A DNA stretch of 64,000 bases from a virus. The notes beneath the pieces were generated by a model. It was not told where the DNA came from, made no database searches, and saw nothing but the letters and a program-made list of their open reading frames with translations. The translations under genes were made by a program, and so were the position numbers. The stretch lies in IMG/VR virus record IMGVR_UViG_3300046010_010555, positions 5,336-69,335 of that record. One strand, given 5' to 3'. This document shows positions 9,229 to 18,049 of the stretch, piece after piece (within the stretch, counting starts at the first letter, position 1; each line of letters opens with the position of its first letter).

Positions 9229-9375
9229 ATGGACGCAAACGACGAGTGGTTCGCATTCATAAGCGAATCAAAAATGCGTACATGGATGTTGGAAGTAGGT
9301 TGGGATCTTCCAGAGGGAGACCCGTTAGACATTTTAATCAATGAAGAGGAACAGAGAGATGAACAAAATTCTTAA
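9229..9375 (+). CDS. Small acidic hypothetical protein (48 aa)
   Basis: GGAGG RBS, MDANDEWFAF...; below the ORF-track cutoff. Confidence 0.55.
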   Translation: MDANDEWFAFISESKMRTWMLEVGWDLPEGDPLDILINEEEQRDEQNS

Positions 9376-10144
9376 AATGCATGAAGATATCCAAATGCTA
9401 GACTCAGGTACTCAGATCGCAATTCTGGGATCTTGGGGCTTCATGGTGAATTCGGCTTGCATAAACCAAGCCATGCGGTTCATACCAGACACACCAGAAA
9501 TAGAAGCAGGTCTAGATGGCATAGAAGGCTACACAGCCTACGAAGCAGCTAGACGCGAACTGTTCAAACAAGCAGGCAGTACTCAGCTGCCTGCCCTAAT
9601 CAATCTGCAGCGTCTAATCTTCCAATGGTTAGATACAGCAGGGGCTAGCGGTGACTTCATCGGTAGTTCAACTTGTGAGTACCTAGCAGGTACTCACAAG
9701 TTCCTGACTCGCAATCCACCGTCAAAAAGAGAAGTCGCAGACGAGTGGATAGCTCGGAAACGAGCAATGCCGAAGTTCTCAGTTCCAAAATCAATATTTT
9801 GTGAATATGAGTATCAACTTCGGAGTGATCAGTTCGCAAGACTGATTGCAAAAGGCGAAGACGCCTGCAGACTGTGCGACACGGTCACAATCGGAGGCCT
9901 TAGTGACGAAATCAGCGATTCATACGAGGAACGATTCGAGGAAAAAATGCGGGTCAAACTGCATGACCGATGGGAAAAGATAGAGATTCAAGGATCAAAC
10001 CCAAGACTAAAAAAGGAAAAAAGAGACCAGTTAATAGCAGATCAAATGATGATTAAACAATTATTACTTGATCGTTTCGATGAAGTTCCCGGTTGGGGAG
10101 ATGTAGCTGACGAAGCTGCAGAACTTGCCATGGACGGCGAATAA
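9341..10144 (+). CDS. Early hypothetical protein (~260 aa)
   Basis: Long ORF followed by a terminator; start may be 9359. Confidence 0.7.
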   Translation: MKRNREMNKILKMHEDIQMLDSGTQIAILGSWGFMVNSACINQAMRFIPDTPEIEAGLDGIEGYTAYEAARRELFKQAGSTQLPALINLQRLIFQWLDTAGASGDFIGSSTCEYLAGTHKFLTRNPPSKREVADEWIARKRAMPKFSVPKSIFCEYEYQLRSDQFARLIAKGEDACRLCDTVTIGGLSDEISDSYEERFEEKMRVKLHDRWEKIEIQGSNPRLKKEKRDQLIADQMMIKQLLLDRFDEVPGWGDVADEAAELAMDGE

Positions 10145-10150
10145 ACCAAG

Positions 10151-10182
10151 AAGCTCTCAGGCGTAAGCTTGAGAGCTTTTTT
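10151..10182 (+). terminator. Intrinsic terminator
   Basis: AAGCTCTCAGGC-GTAA-GCTTGAGAGCTT stem with GNRA loop plus T-tract. Confidence 0.85.
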
Positions 10183-10344
10183 CATGCTGCGGACTATCAA
10201 AAACCAAGCACTGACACATAAAAACAGGCTAGTAACAAAAATACATGATTAAAAACAAAGACTTACATAAAACACACAAACGCAGTAGAAACAGAAAGAC
10301 TATACATATCAATAACATACAAGAAGCAGCCGCTTTTTCTAAAA

Positions 10345-10528
10345 TGTAACTTTTTAAAACGACTCTCACCATAGTATGAAAAACACATACTTTTTATACA
10401 CTCTCTTTTTTTTCTATCGGATAACTTAATTTTTGGTTACATAGGTTACAAAGACTACAATTAATGAAAATCAATGACTTAGCTAAAAAAAATTTAGTTA
10501 CAAAACTACAAATGTAGTACTACATTTG
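10345..10528. repeat. Left copy of ~185-bp inverted repeat element (candidate replication origin)
   Basis: Reverse-complement match to 37689-37870; GTTACA repeats, IHF consensus 10469-10481, 20-bp palindrome 10509-10528. Confidence 0.9.
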
Positions 10529-10654
10529 CCTGTTTTTGCCCTTTTTCACAAAAAATCGATTTTGCGATCCCGCTCCCACCCCCTGTTTTCACCCCTAAAA
10601 AAGTTACATATGGTAGACTTCGCGCCCCGAATGTAACTTTTGGAGATAAGAAAA

Positions 10655-13114
10655 ATGCGTGTTTTTTTCCTCGCTGCCAGCTGCCCACTGACTAAAAAAT
10701 ACACAGCTAAAGAAAAAATTCCCTACCCCAATGTCTCCTCTTTTACTTCACACGAGCACACTATCCTGTCCCTTGCTCAATTTGCCAACCTAATAGAAGA
10801 CCATGCACGTCAAGGACACTGCCTTCTAAAAGGCACACTAGATCAACCCCTAAACAAAGAATCGCGGGCCGGACACACAAACAGCACCGCTCCTACTCAA
10901 TGGGTCTGTTTTGATCTTGATGGCATGACAAGCGTAAAAACCATAGACGATTTCATGGCAAAAGCAGGACTGGGAGACATCTCTTACATTCTTCAATGGA
11001 GTGCGTCTTATGGCGTGTATGGTAATTTCACCCTACGAGCGCACATCTTCTTCCTTCTAGATTCAGTCGCTCATCCTCCAGCTCTAAAAATCTGGCTCAA
11101 ACAGCTCAACCTGACAGTCTTCAAAGACGATCTTCGTTTAGCCCGTGGTAGCAAATCTCTAGTCTGGGGACTAGACATCACAACCTGCCAGAACGACAAA
11201 CTACTCTTTATAACAGAGCCCGACTGCAAACCCCCGTCTCTAAACAAATTTCAAGGCGAACGTATACAGATAATCAAAAAACAAGCAGACGTATTTGCAT
11301 TCAGCTCAGTTACGCTTCAGCCCATAAACGCAATACAGAAATTAGAAAGCGCTGCCCTCGACACTCTGCGTGAAGCAGCAGGAGAGCCCAAACTCAAAGC
11401 TTTTGAGCGAAAACTAAAGTCCACGTATCTAGCTGGAGACAAAGGCGAAAAAGTTGATTACATGCCCTCACCTAACGAGTGTTTTGTCTCTTCTAGCAAA
11501 ACAGAAAGAGGATTCACGTATCTCAATCTCAATGGCGGTGACTCATGGGGCTACTACCATCCAGAAGACAACGCCAAATTCATCCACAATTTCAAAGGTG
11601 AACCCCTCTATCTCACAAAAGAGTTGGTCCCCGACTACTGGGATGACTTGCAGAAACAGAAAAATCAAGCCAAAGCTCAAGCTAAACAAGCTCTGGTTCA
11701 AGCCACCAAACATAAAGTATTCATAGCCTTTCAAGAAAAAAATACCGCCTGCTATTACACAGCAATCTATGACACGACTGGCGACACACTAGAATTATCA
11801 GAAGTCAGAACTGAAAAGCAGATCAACAATTTTCTAGTACATCACGGACAAGCTGAAGTTGAACATCCTAGCCTCTGGGAGCTAACGTACGACCCTCAAG
11901 CACCTACTCTAGATTTGCTCAAAATGCAGGTCAACACCTACCAAGCGAGTACATATAAAAAGCAAGCTAAGCTCTTCGCCGCTCAGTACAACCCCAAAAC
12001 AAACACAGCTCCTGCGGCCACGCCTACCATCGACTATCTACTTTCTCATGTACTCGGTAACAACCCTGCAGTCGTAGAGTATTTTAAAAATTGGCTGGCC
12101 TTCTGCTTTAAAAACATGACCTTTTCTGGCACAGGCTGGATTCTTCACGGTGTGCAGGGTACGGGCAAAGGCGCTCTATTCAACAACGTACTTACGCCTC
12201 TTTTTGGAGAGAGCAATGTCACGTGTAAAGGCACGCATGTTCTCGAAGAAACGTTTAACCATTACCTAGAAAACAAAATAGTCTGCTTCATCGACGAAGT
12301 ACAAGTCTCAGAATCTAGTAAGTCCAAGTCCATTATGGAAAAAATCAAAATGGACATGGTTAGCCCGCGTATCTCCATACGCCGAATGAGGACTAACCAC
12401 TACGAGACTGCTAACTACACTAACTGGATTTTTGCTTCAAACATGCACGATCCTCTCATCCTAGACAGAGGCGAACGACGATTCAACGTAGGACACAGAC
12501 AAGAAACTCCTATAGCCCTTACAGACAAAGACTTCAAACAGATAGCCGCTGAGCTTCAAGACTTTGCCAACTATTTAGAAATCTATCAGGTCAACGAAGC
12601 CAAAGTTCGTAAACCGCTAGACAACGAAGCCAAGGAGTTGATGACGCGCAATTCCCAAAGCACATACGACGAAATCACTGACATCCTCAAATCAGGACAG
12701 CTACAGGATTTATGGGATTGGATACCCGACGAAGCTGAAATGATAGCTAAAAGACAAGGAGCCATAGTAGATCCTCAGAAAGATTTGATCACTGACGCCT
12801 ACATCGATTTGGTCGTTGATCTCATCAATTGCGGAGGTAGACATCTGTATGTTTCAGAACTTCGCACGATATTTGCTTACTGTACAGGTAACCGCAAGTT
12901 AAGCGACAAAATGACTTTTCAAAAATCACTAGCTCATAAGCACTTGTTTGTAAAAAGCGTACGCATCAACGGAACGGTGTGCAAAGGCTATTACGTAAAC
13001 TGGACTACAACAGCTGAAGAATTTGAACAGTTGAAACAAGACGCTGTCTCTCGCGGATTACTCAAAATAGACAACATCACTCCTATTTCCTCCATACAGA
13101 AATTTTTACCATGA
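10655..13114 (+). CDS. DNA primase(-polymerase)/SF3 helicase, NrS-1-polymerase-like (AEP N-terminus plus DUF5906 helicase)
   Basis: AEP-like CFDLDG, LRAHIF and later Asp; C-terminal ILHGVQGTGKG Walker A, FIDE Walker B, IFASN sensor, ERRF finger; GGAG RBS. Confidence 0.85.
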   Translation: MRVFFLAASCPLTKKYTAKEKIPYPNVSSFTSHEHTILSLAQFANLIEDHARQGHCLLKGTLDQPLNKESRAGHTNSTAPTQWVCFDLDGMTSVKTIDDFMAKAGLGDISYILQWSASYGVYGNFTLRAHIFFLLDSVAHPPALKIWLKQLNLTVFKDDLRLARGSKSLVWGLDITTCQNDKLLFITEPDCKPPSLNKFQGERIQIIKKQADVFAFSSVTLQPINAIQKLESAALDTLREAAGEPKLKAFERKLKSTYLAGDKGEKVDYMPSPNECFVSSSKTERGFTYLNLNGGDSWGYYHPEDNAKFIHNFKGEPLYLTKELVPDYWDDLQKQKNQAKAQAKQALVQATKHKVFIAFQEKNTACYYTAIYDTTGDTLELSEVRTEKQINNFLVHHGQAEVEHPSLWELTYDPQAPTLDLLKMQVNTYQASTYKKQAKLFAAQYNPKTNTAPAATPTIDYLLSHVLGNNPAVVEYFKNWLAFCFKNMTFSGTGWILHGVQGTGKGALFNNVLTPLFGESNVTCKGTHVLEETFNHYLENKIVCFIDEVQVSESSKSKSIMEKIKMDMVSPRISIRRMRTNHYETANYTNWIFASNMHDPLILDRGERRFNVGHRQETPIALTDKDFKQIAAELQDFANYLEIYQVNEAKVRKPLDNEAKELMTRNSQSTYDEITDILKSGQLQDLWDWIPDEAEMIAKRQGAIVDPQKDLITDAYIDLVVDLINCGGRHLYVSELRTIFAYCTGNRKLSDKMTFQKSLAHKHLFVKSVRINGTVCKGYYVNWTTTAEEFEQLKQDAVSRGLLKIDNITPISSIQKFLP

Positions 13115-13351
13115 CTCTAGATCTTTTTGTGCTTGTGTTCGTACTTATCCTTTTGATGCACACGGTGGATCTATGAGATTTTATTTTATGACTCCCTCTA
13201 ACGCTGACCATAAACCTCGACCGGGATTTCGATTTTGTGAATCCTGCAGAGCCTACAAACCGAAAGACAAAACAAAAGCAGTCAAGGGTTGGAAATGCTC
13301 AGACTGTCGCTTTGTACGTAAATAATACAACTTACCCCTAGGAGATACACA

Positions 13352-13552
13352 ATGCGCTTTTTTTCTGGCCTTCTAAAGATCTTCAGCGACAACTTCATGG
13401 AGACTATGATTATAATACTGGCTTTCACACTGACTGCTTTTGTAATTTCCTTACCCCATGTCGTGATTCTCAAAGAATCAATCTGGGAATGCACTCGTGC
13501 AGGTACACAAGGGCTAGACACGCAGTGTTTAGAATACAGGCACAAGCTCTAA
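13352..13552 (+). CDS. Small membrane-anchored protein with WECT..G..TQC.EY domain
   Basis: AGGAG RBS; N-terminal TM helix; paralogue of 17052-17258. Confidence 0.65.
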   Translation: MRFFSGLLKIFSDNFMETMIIILAFTLTAFVISLPHVVILKESIWECTRAGTQGLDTQCLEYRHKL

Positions 13553-13666
13553 GTATTTTGCCTTTCGCTAAAACAGATAAACTTTAGTTTGGAACCCTCT
13601 GTTTTAGCAGCCTAAGCCGCTCGGGTGAGTAGCGGCACTTCAAACTTTAGCACTTCTAACAAAAAC

Positions 13667-14002
13667 ATGACTACCGATAACAGCGGCGTATCTGATGGCT
13701 ATCACACGTTTGAAGAACTGTATAACCACAGACACTGCCTGTTTCTAGCTCTTATGCGGTCTCACCCTAAATTGTCATGGCGTGCAGTCTGTCACGCAGA
13801 CGGTACTCATTACAAAGGCTGGATAATTTGCGGCATGCACTTACCCACAGGCGATATTACCTATCACCTGCCAGCCGTATTGTGGTCAAAGCTAAACGGA
13901 TGCGGCATTACCACTTCAACTCGTGCGCCCGAATGGGACGGACACACTTCACAAGACGTAATAACCAGACTCGACAAATGGTTAAGCTACAACATGCCCT
14001 AG
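13667..14002 (+). CDS. WDGH-domain phage protein
   Basis: SDGYHTFEELY.HR, LPTGDITYHLP and APEWDGHT motifs. Confidence 0.75.
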   Translation: MTTDNSGVSDGYHTFEELYNHRHCLFLALMRSHPKLSWRAVCHADGTHYKGWIICGMHLPTGDITYHLPAVLWSKLNGCGITTSTRAPEWDGHTSQDVITRLDKWLSYNMP

Positions 14003-14053
14003 AATTTGTAGACTAGTGCGCTTAACTCTCTGTCGTAACCTCGGAGATGACAG

Positions 14054-14326
14054 ATGAATAAAGCAGCACAACCAGTAGCTTACATAACAAACATACACGA
14101 CGGTTTTTTCACGGCCGCATCTTTAGATCACAGTGTAATTCTAAAGTCCGGCACTGTTTTGTATCTTGAATCACCAGAACAAAAAATCAGAAGATGCGCA
14201 AAAGCACTACTTGAAGCGCTTGATACTAAACTCCCATTATTTCAAAGTCATTATGGGGCTGCAGAACGATTCAACTTAAGACTGGCTTTGGACATAGACA
14301 CAACGCCAAATGAAGAAAACATCTAA
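14054..14326 (+). CDS. Hypothetical protein
   Basis: GGAG RBS; QPVAY motif. Confidence 0.6.
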   Translation: MNKAAQPVAYITNIHDGFFTAASLDHSVILKSGTVLYLESPEQKIRRCAKALLEALDTKLPLFQSHYGAAERFNLRLALDIDTTPNEENI

Positions 14327-14339
14327 GTAACTAAACTCT

Positions 14340-14816
14340 ATGAATATCTTTGTACTTGATACCGATCCACTTATTGCCGCTCAATATCATTGCGATAAAC
14401 ATATCAGCAAAATGATTCTTGAAAGTGCCCAGATGCTGAGCACTGTGCTCAAAGGACCGTATAGATCTACTCACGTACATCATCCGTGTACAAAATGGGT
14501 AGCGCAATCTCAAGCTAATGCCCTATGGCTGTGGCACTTAATGGTGCACTTAAACGGAGAATACATCACACGATGGAATAAAGACGATAATCACTTGGCG
14601 TATAGCAAATGCGCCCACCTCATCTCATCTTTACATGTTTTGCCTAATACAGAGCTAACTCCATTTGCTTTGGCTATGCCAGAGCAATACAAAAACGACG
14701 ATCCGGTACTAGCGTATCGCGCTTACTACCGATCAAAATCTTTTGCTGTATGGCGTAACGGCGCACCAAGCTGGTGGCAAGACCACAAGTTGCGTCAAAA
14801 TCCATCAACGCTTTAA
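14340..14816 (+). CDS. denV: Pyrimidine-dimer DNA glycosylase / endonuclease V-like protein
   Basis: MNIFVLD.DP..AAQYHCDKH..KMILESAQML, HHPCTKW, AMP..YK..DPV.AYR.YY. Confidence 0.75.
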   Translation: MNIFVLDTDPLIAAQYHCDKHISKMILESAQMLSTVLKGPYRSTHVHHPCTKWVAQSQANALWLWHLMVHLNGEYITRWNKDDNHLAYSKCAHLISSLHVLPNTELTPFALAMPEQYKNDDPVLAYRAYYRSKSFAVWRNGAPSWWQDHKLRQNPSTL

Positions 14817-14833
14817 CGAGAGAAAAAACAACT

Positions 14834-15133
14834 ATGGAAAATGTAATTATCAACGGTGTTGAGTATGCGCCTGTAACCAGAAACACTGGGAACAGGGCTG
14901 TTGTGGTGGTCGACAGAGGATGGGTATTTGCGGGCGATGTTGAGCGCAGGGATGGGCGTATATACCTGACCAACGCAGTATGGGTTTTTCGGTGGGAGTT
15001 GATTGGGTTTGATGGGGTAATTGCCAACCCAAAGTCAGACAAGGTGACCATCAAGCCAATGCCGACGGGTGTGGATATTCCAGAAGGTTCAGAAATCTTT
15101 TCTGTGCCAGTCGAAGCTAATTGGGGCTTGTGA
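14834..15133 (+). CDS. Small beta-rich phage protein (DUF6948-like)
   Basis: IINGVEYAPV...VVVVDRGWVFAG...L.NA..V.RW; translationally coupled to the Gly-rich peptide. Confidence 0.6.
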   Translation: MENVIINGVEYAPVTRNTGNRAVVVVDRGWVFAGDVERRDGRIYLTNAVWVFRWELIGFDGVIANPKSDKVTIKPMPTGVDIPEGSEIFSVPVEANWGL

Positions 15134-15348
15134 TGTTTAAGCCAATCGGCTCCGGCTACAGCTTCGGCTACGGCGACGGATTAGGCTGCGGCTCCGGCTA
15201 CAGCTTCGGCTACGGCGACGGATTAGGCTTCGGCTACGGCGACGGCGACGGCGACGGCTACGGAGACGGCTTCGGCGACGGCGACGGCTACGGCGACGGC
15301 TACGGCTACGGCACGCCAAATCTTGCCACCAAACAACGGAGAAGGTGA
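15133..15348 (+). CDS. Gly-rich (GYGDG)n repeat peptide, copy 1
   Basis: MFKPIG-(Gly-X)n-TPNLATKQRRR; TGATG overlap with the upstream gene. Confidence 0.6.
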   Translation: MFKPIGSGYSFGYGDGLGCGSGYSFGYGDGLGFGYGDGDGDGYGDGFGDGDGYGDGYGYGTPNLATKQRRR

Positions 15349-15452
15349 TGTTTAAGCCAATCGGCTCCGGCTTCGGCTACGGAGACGGCTCCGGCTCCGG
15401 CTACGAAGACGGCTACAACACACCAAAAATGAATATCAAACGCCGAAGGTAA
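15348..15452 (+). CDS. Gly-rich repeat peptide, copy 2 (34 aa)
   Basis: MFKPIGSGFGYGDGSGSGYEDGYNTPKMNIKRRR; TGATG overlap; 28-bp 5' block identical to copy 1. Confidence 0.5.
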   Translation: MFKPIGSGFGYGDGSGSGYEDGYNTPKMNIKRRR

Positions 15453-15503
15453 GATCGCATAGCCAGCCGCGTTAGCGCTGGCACTTTAATAAGGTAGGTA
15501 GAA

Positions 15504-15815
15504 ATGAACGATAGAGAACTATTAGAACTAGCGGCGAAAGCTGCGGAAATAAGTGCGGATTATTGGACGGTTGACGGTTGGAACCCCCTATATGACGATG
15601 GTGACGCTTTGTTTCTTGCGGTTAAGCTGGGGATAAACATATCTTTTCCCCCCTATATGAAGCACGAACGCCCAGTTGTTCATGCCGGTAAGTATTGGGA
15701 CAACAGCGATGATTGCTGGTATCCATTTGAAGAATTGCTAGACATAAACCCCTACGCCGCAACACGCAGGGCCATCGTTAGAGCCGCTGCTGAAATTGGA
15801 AAAGGGATAAAGTGA
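15504..15815 (+). CDS. Phage protein MNDRELLELAA family, copy 1
   Basis: WNPL.DDGDAL.LAVKL and ATRRAIVRAAAEIG motifs. Confidence 0.75.
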   Translation: MNDRELLELAAKAAEISADYWTVDGWNPLYDDGDALFLAVKLGINISFPPYMKHERPVVHAGKYWDNSDDCWYPFEELLDINPYAATRRAIVRAAAEIGKGIK

Positions 15816-16213
15816 AAACCAAAACGTACACCCTAACCGGAAGCGCCCTTGATTGGGCAGTGGCTAAATGTGAAGGGGCCACAGATGCGTGGTGTTCTGA
15901 TGCGCCGTTCTTTTGGGATGGTGCTCATCCCTGCATACGCATCGGTGGCCACGACGTGAACTACAGCCCCTCGACCGATTGGTCACTCGGCGGGCCTATC
16001 ATTGAGCGAGAGGGAATAGAGGTGCTGTGCAATTTGTCCCTTGCACAGGCAAAAGCCTTCAAGCAGGCAAACCCTGATTGGTTTGCCTGCCGGAAGCAAA
16101 GAAGGTCTGACCACTTTCACGGCCTAACCCCGCTCATAGCAGCTATGCGCTGCTATGTGACTTCAAAACTTGGTACAGAAATAGATGTACCGGAGGAATT
16201 GGTAGACTTATGA
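15812..16213 (+). CDS. DUF2591/NinX-like phage protein
   Basis: LTG.ALDWAVAKCEG, YSPSTDW..GGPIIEREGI, TPLIAAMRCYV.SKLG. Confidence 0.75.
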   Translation: MKTKTYTLTGSALDWAVAKCEGATDAWCSDAPFFWDGAHPCIRIGGHDVNYSPSTDWSLGGPIIEREGIEVLCNLSLAQAKAFKQANPDWFACRKQRRSDHFHGLTPLIAAMRCYVTSKLGTEIDVPEELVDL

Positions 16214-16791
16214 ACAAGTTTAAAACATTCAAAAAAGTGTATGAGGAAGCCGTTGAAAGTATTCATCGGTTCATTGACGACCCTTCTGATATGAATGAGC
16301 TTGCAGCTTGGTTAATGGATACTGATGCTAGCCCTTATTCTTATTTACAGGAAGGTTATGCGGGCATGATGTCTACCGCCGAGGGTTGTGATGGTCTATT
16401 AGCAACAATACATCATGCTGTGTACGACGACGGCGATATAACGTTTGTTAAAGTAGATGATGCACCTAGGATAGTATTTGCCCACAAGCACGACGATGAC
16501 TTTAGAAAATTAGTTTTATCTGTTCAAGAGCAAGAAATAGAGAAACGTCTTATATTCGGCAAAACTAGGCAATACGAGATAGAAGTGTTAAGCATTAAAC
16601 CAAATGACTTTCCTAAAATTTATAACGCTTATCAACTAAAAGAACTTCAGAGATGCTTTTCTTGTGATGCAGGTCGTAACGGCATAGATTTCGCAGTTGA
16701 GCATTATAAGAAATATGCTTGTTTCAGTGAAGATTGGGTCAAGATATGTGCCGATGAAATTACCAAATGGGCTACTTTTTACAACGGGTAA
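16210..16791 (+). CDS. Hypothetical protein
   Basis: 193-aa ORF, ATGA-coupled to the upstream gene. Confidence 0.7.
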   Translation: MNKFKTFKKVYEEAVESIHRFIDDPSDMNELAAWLMDTDASPYSYLQEGYAGMMSTAEGCDGLLATIHHAVYDDGDITFVKVDDAPRIVFAHKHDDDFRKLVLSVQEQEIEKRLIFGKTRQYEIEVLSIKPNDFPKIYNAYQLKELQRCFSCDAGRNGIDFAVEHYKKYACFSEDWVKICADEITKWATFYNG

Positions 16792-16799
16792 ACAGAAAA

Positions 16800-17042
16800 A
16801 TGACAAAACCATTGAACCTATACATTTGCGATTTGCCTGTTGAATTTCCTCGTTCTGAATACGGCGGGATGGTTGCAGTGATAGCCGAGTCTCCCAAACA
16901 ATGCGGAAAGATACTGACTGAGCGATTCAAGGGGAACGAACTGTACTTTGACTTACGCATAGCTATGCGCTCACCCAAGGAGTTTAAGCTAGATCCAGCC
17001 GTAACCTACGAACCCGGCATAGTAGCGTCGTTTGAAACTTGA
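16800..17042 (+). CDS. Hypothetical protein
   Basis: SEYGG.V.VIA motif; ATG 16800. Confidence 0.6.
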   Translation: MTKPLNLYICDLPVEFPRSEYGGMVAVIAESPKQCGKILTERFKGNELYFDLRIAMRSPKEFKLDPAVTYEPGIVASFET

Positions 17043-17051
17043 GGGATTGAT

Positions 17052-17258
17052 ATGAAAAATATAATAGATTTTGCGAAAAATTACAGTTTTGAATTATTTA
17101 TGTATGGTTCCATTGTTTTTGGAATTATCATCATTAGTGGCATACGTTATTTTGCTCCTGAGTGTGTTCAGCTATCAAGCAAAGAGTGGGTATGCACCAA
17201 GTCCGCACCGAATGGGTTGGCTACTCAGTGTAATGAGTACCAGCGGGAGATGAAATGA
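17052..17258 (+). CDS. Small membrane-anchored protein, paralogue of 13352-13552
   Basis: TM helix then L.SKEWVCT....GLATQC.EY. Confidence 0.65.
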   Translation: MKNIIDFAKNYSFELFMYGSIVFGIIIISGIRYFAPECVQLSSKEWVCTKSAPNGLATQCNEYQREMK

Positions 17259-17566
17259 ACGATAGAGAACTATTAGAGCTAGCAGCGACAGCTGCTGGGA
17301 TTGATTACGGATGGCAACACATTTTTGATGACTACGAGGGTTGTACAGCGGATACATGGGACTGGAACCCCCTAACCAACGATGGTGACGCTTTGCGCCT
17401 CGCGGTAAAGCTGCACTTAACCGTATATCAATGGAATCACGAAGTTTGCGTGTGTAATAAATCAGGCACGGTCAATGAAAGTGAAACTGACATTACCGAC
17501 TTTTACACCGCAACCCGTAAGGCAATTGTAAAAGCCGCTGCTCAAATTGGGAGGGAGATGAGATGA
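17255..17566 (+). CDS. Phage protein MNDRELLELAA family, copy 2
   Basis: Shares three conserved blocks with 15504-15815. Confidence 0.75.
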   Translation: MNDRELLELAATAAGIDYGWQHIFDDYEGCTADTWDWNPLTNDGDALRLAVKLHLTVYQWNHEVCVCNKSGTVNESETDITDFYTATRKAIVKAAAQIGREMR

Positions 17567-17676
17567 ACGATATTATTATGTCTTTGTTAGGAGCTGCGTT
17601 TTTCGGAGTATTAGCTGGCACTTTTGCCGGAGCACTGTACATAGTCCTTAAGTTTTTCGTATGGGTAATCTCATGA
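17563..17676 (+). CDS. Small hydrophobic peptide (37 aa)
   Basis: ATGA overlaps at both ends; single TM segment. Confidence 0.5.
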   Translation: MNDIIMSLLGAAFFGVLAGTFAGALYIVLKFFVWVIS

Positions 17677-17903
17677 ACAAAGCACCGAAGAAGATTTGGG
17701 TTGGTGACATGGGTGCTTGGTTTGAAAATGAGAGTTCTCATGACATTCCATACATCCGCGCAGACTTAGTGGATGAGTTGGTCGAGGCGTTGAAGACCTG
17801 CCGCTTTAGTGGATACACCGATATAGATGGTGATTACATAACCACACAGCATTTTGATAACCCAAAAGTCAGAGCCGCACTGAAAGCGTTGGAGGAAGAA
17901 TGA
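17673..17903 (+). CDS. Hypothetical protein
   Basis: MNKAPKKIW...YIRADLVDELVEAL; coupled ORF. Confidence 0.65.
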   Translation: MNKAPKKIWVGDMGAWFENESSHDIPYIRADLVDELVEALKTCRFSGYTDIDGDYITTQHFDNPKVRAALKALEEE

Positions 17904-18049
17904 ACAGATATTGCAAAGGCTGCAAACATCACCACGTTGCCAAGGCTGCAAAAGAATGGTGTTGCTTGTATGGGGTAGCGGCTAGAAAAGCCGAAGGTCA
18001 GTGCAAATTGAAAAACGGTAAAGTGATGGAGGAAGAAAATGGGAACTAA
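17900..18049 (+). CDS. Small Cys-rich protein (49 aa)
   Basis: MNRYCKGCKHH...WCC...QC; GGAGG RBS; ATGA overlap. Confidence 0.5.
   Translation: MNRYCKGCKHHHVAKAAKEWCCLYGVAARKAEGQCKLKNGKVMEEENGN

Noticed and set aside
15137-15319. Arg-rich protamine-like ORF on the minus strand
   Set aside because: Antisense shadow of the Gly-X repeat; no RBS and opposite to the operon direction
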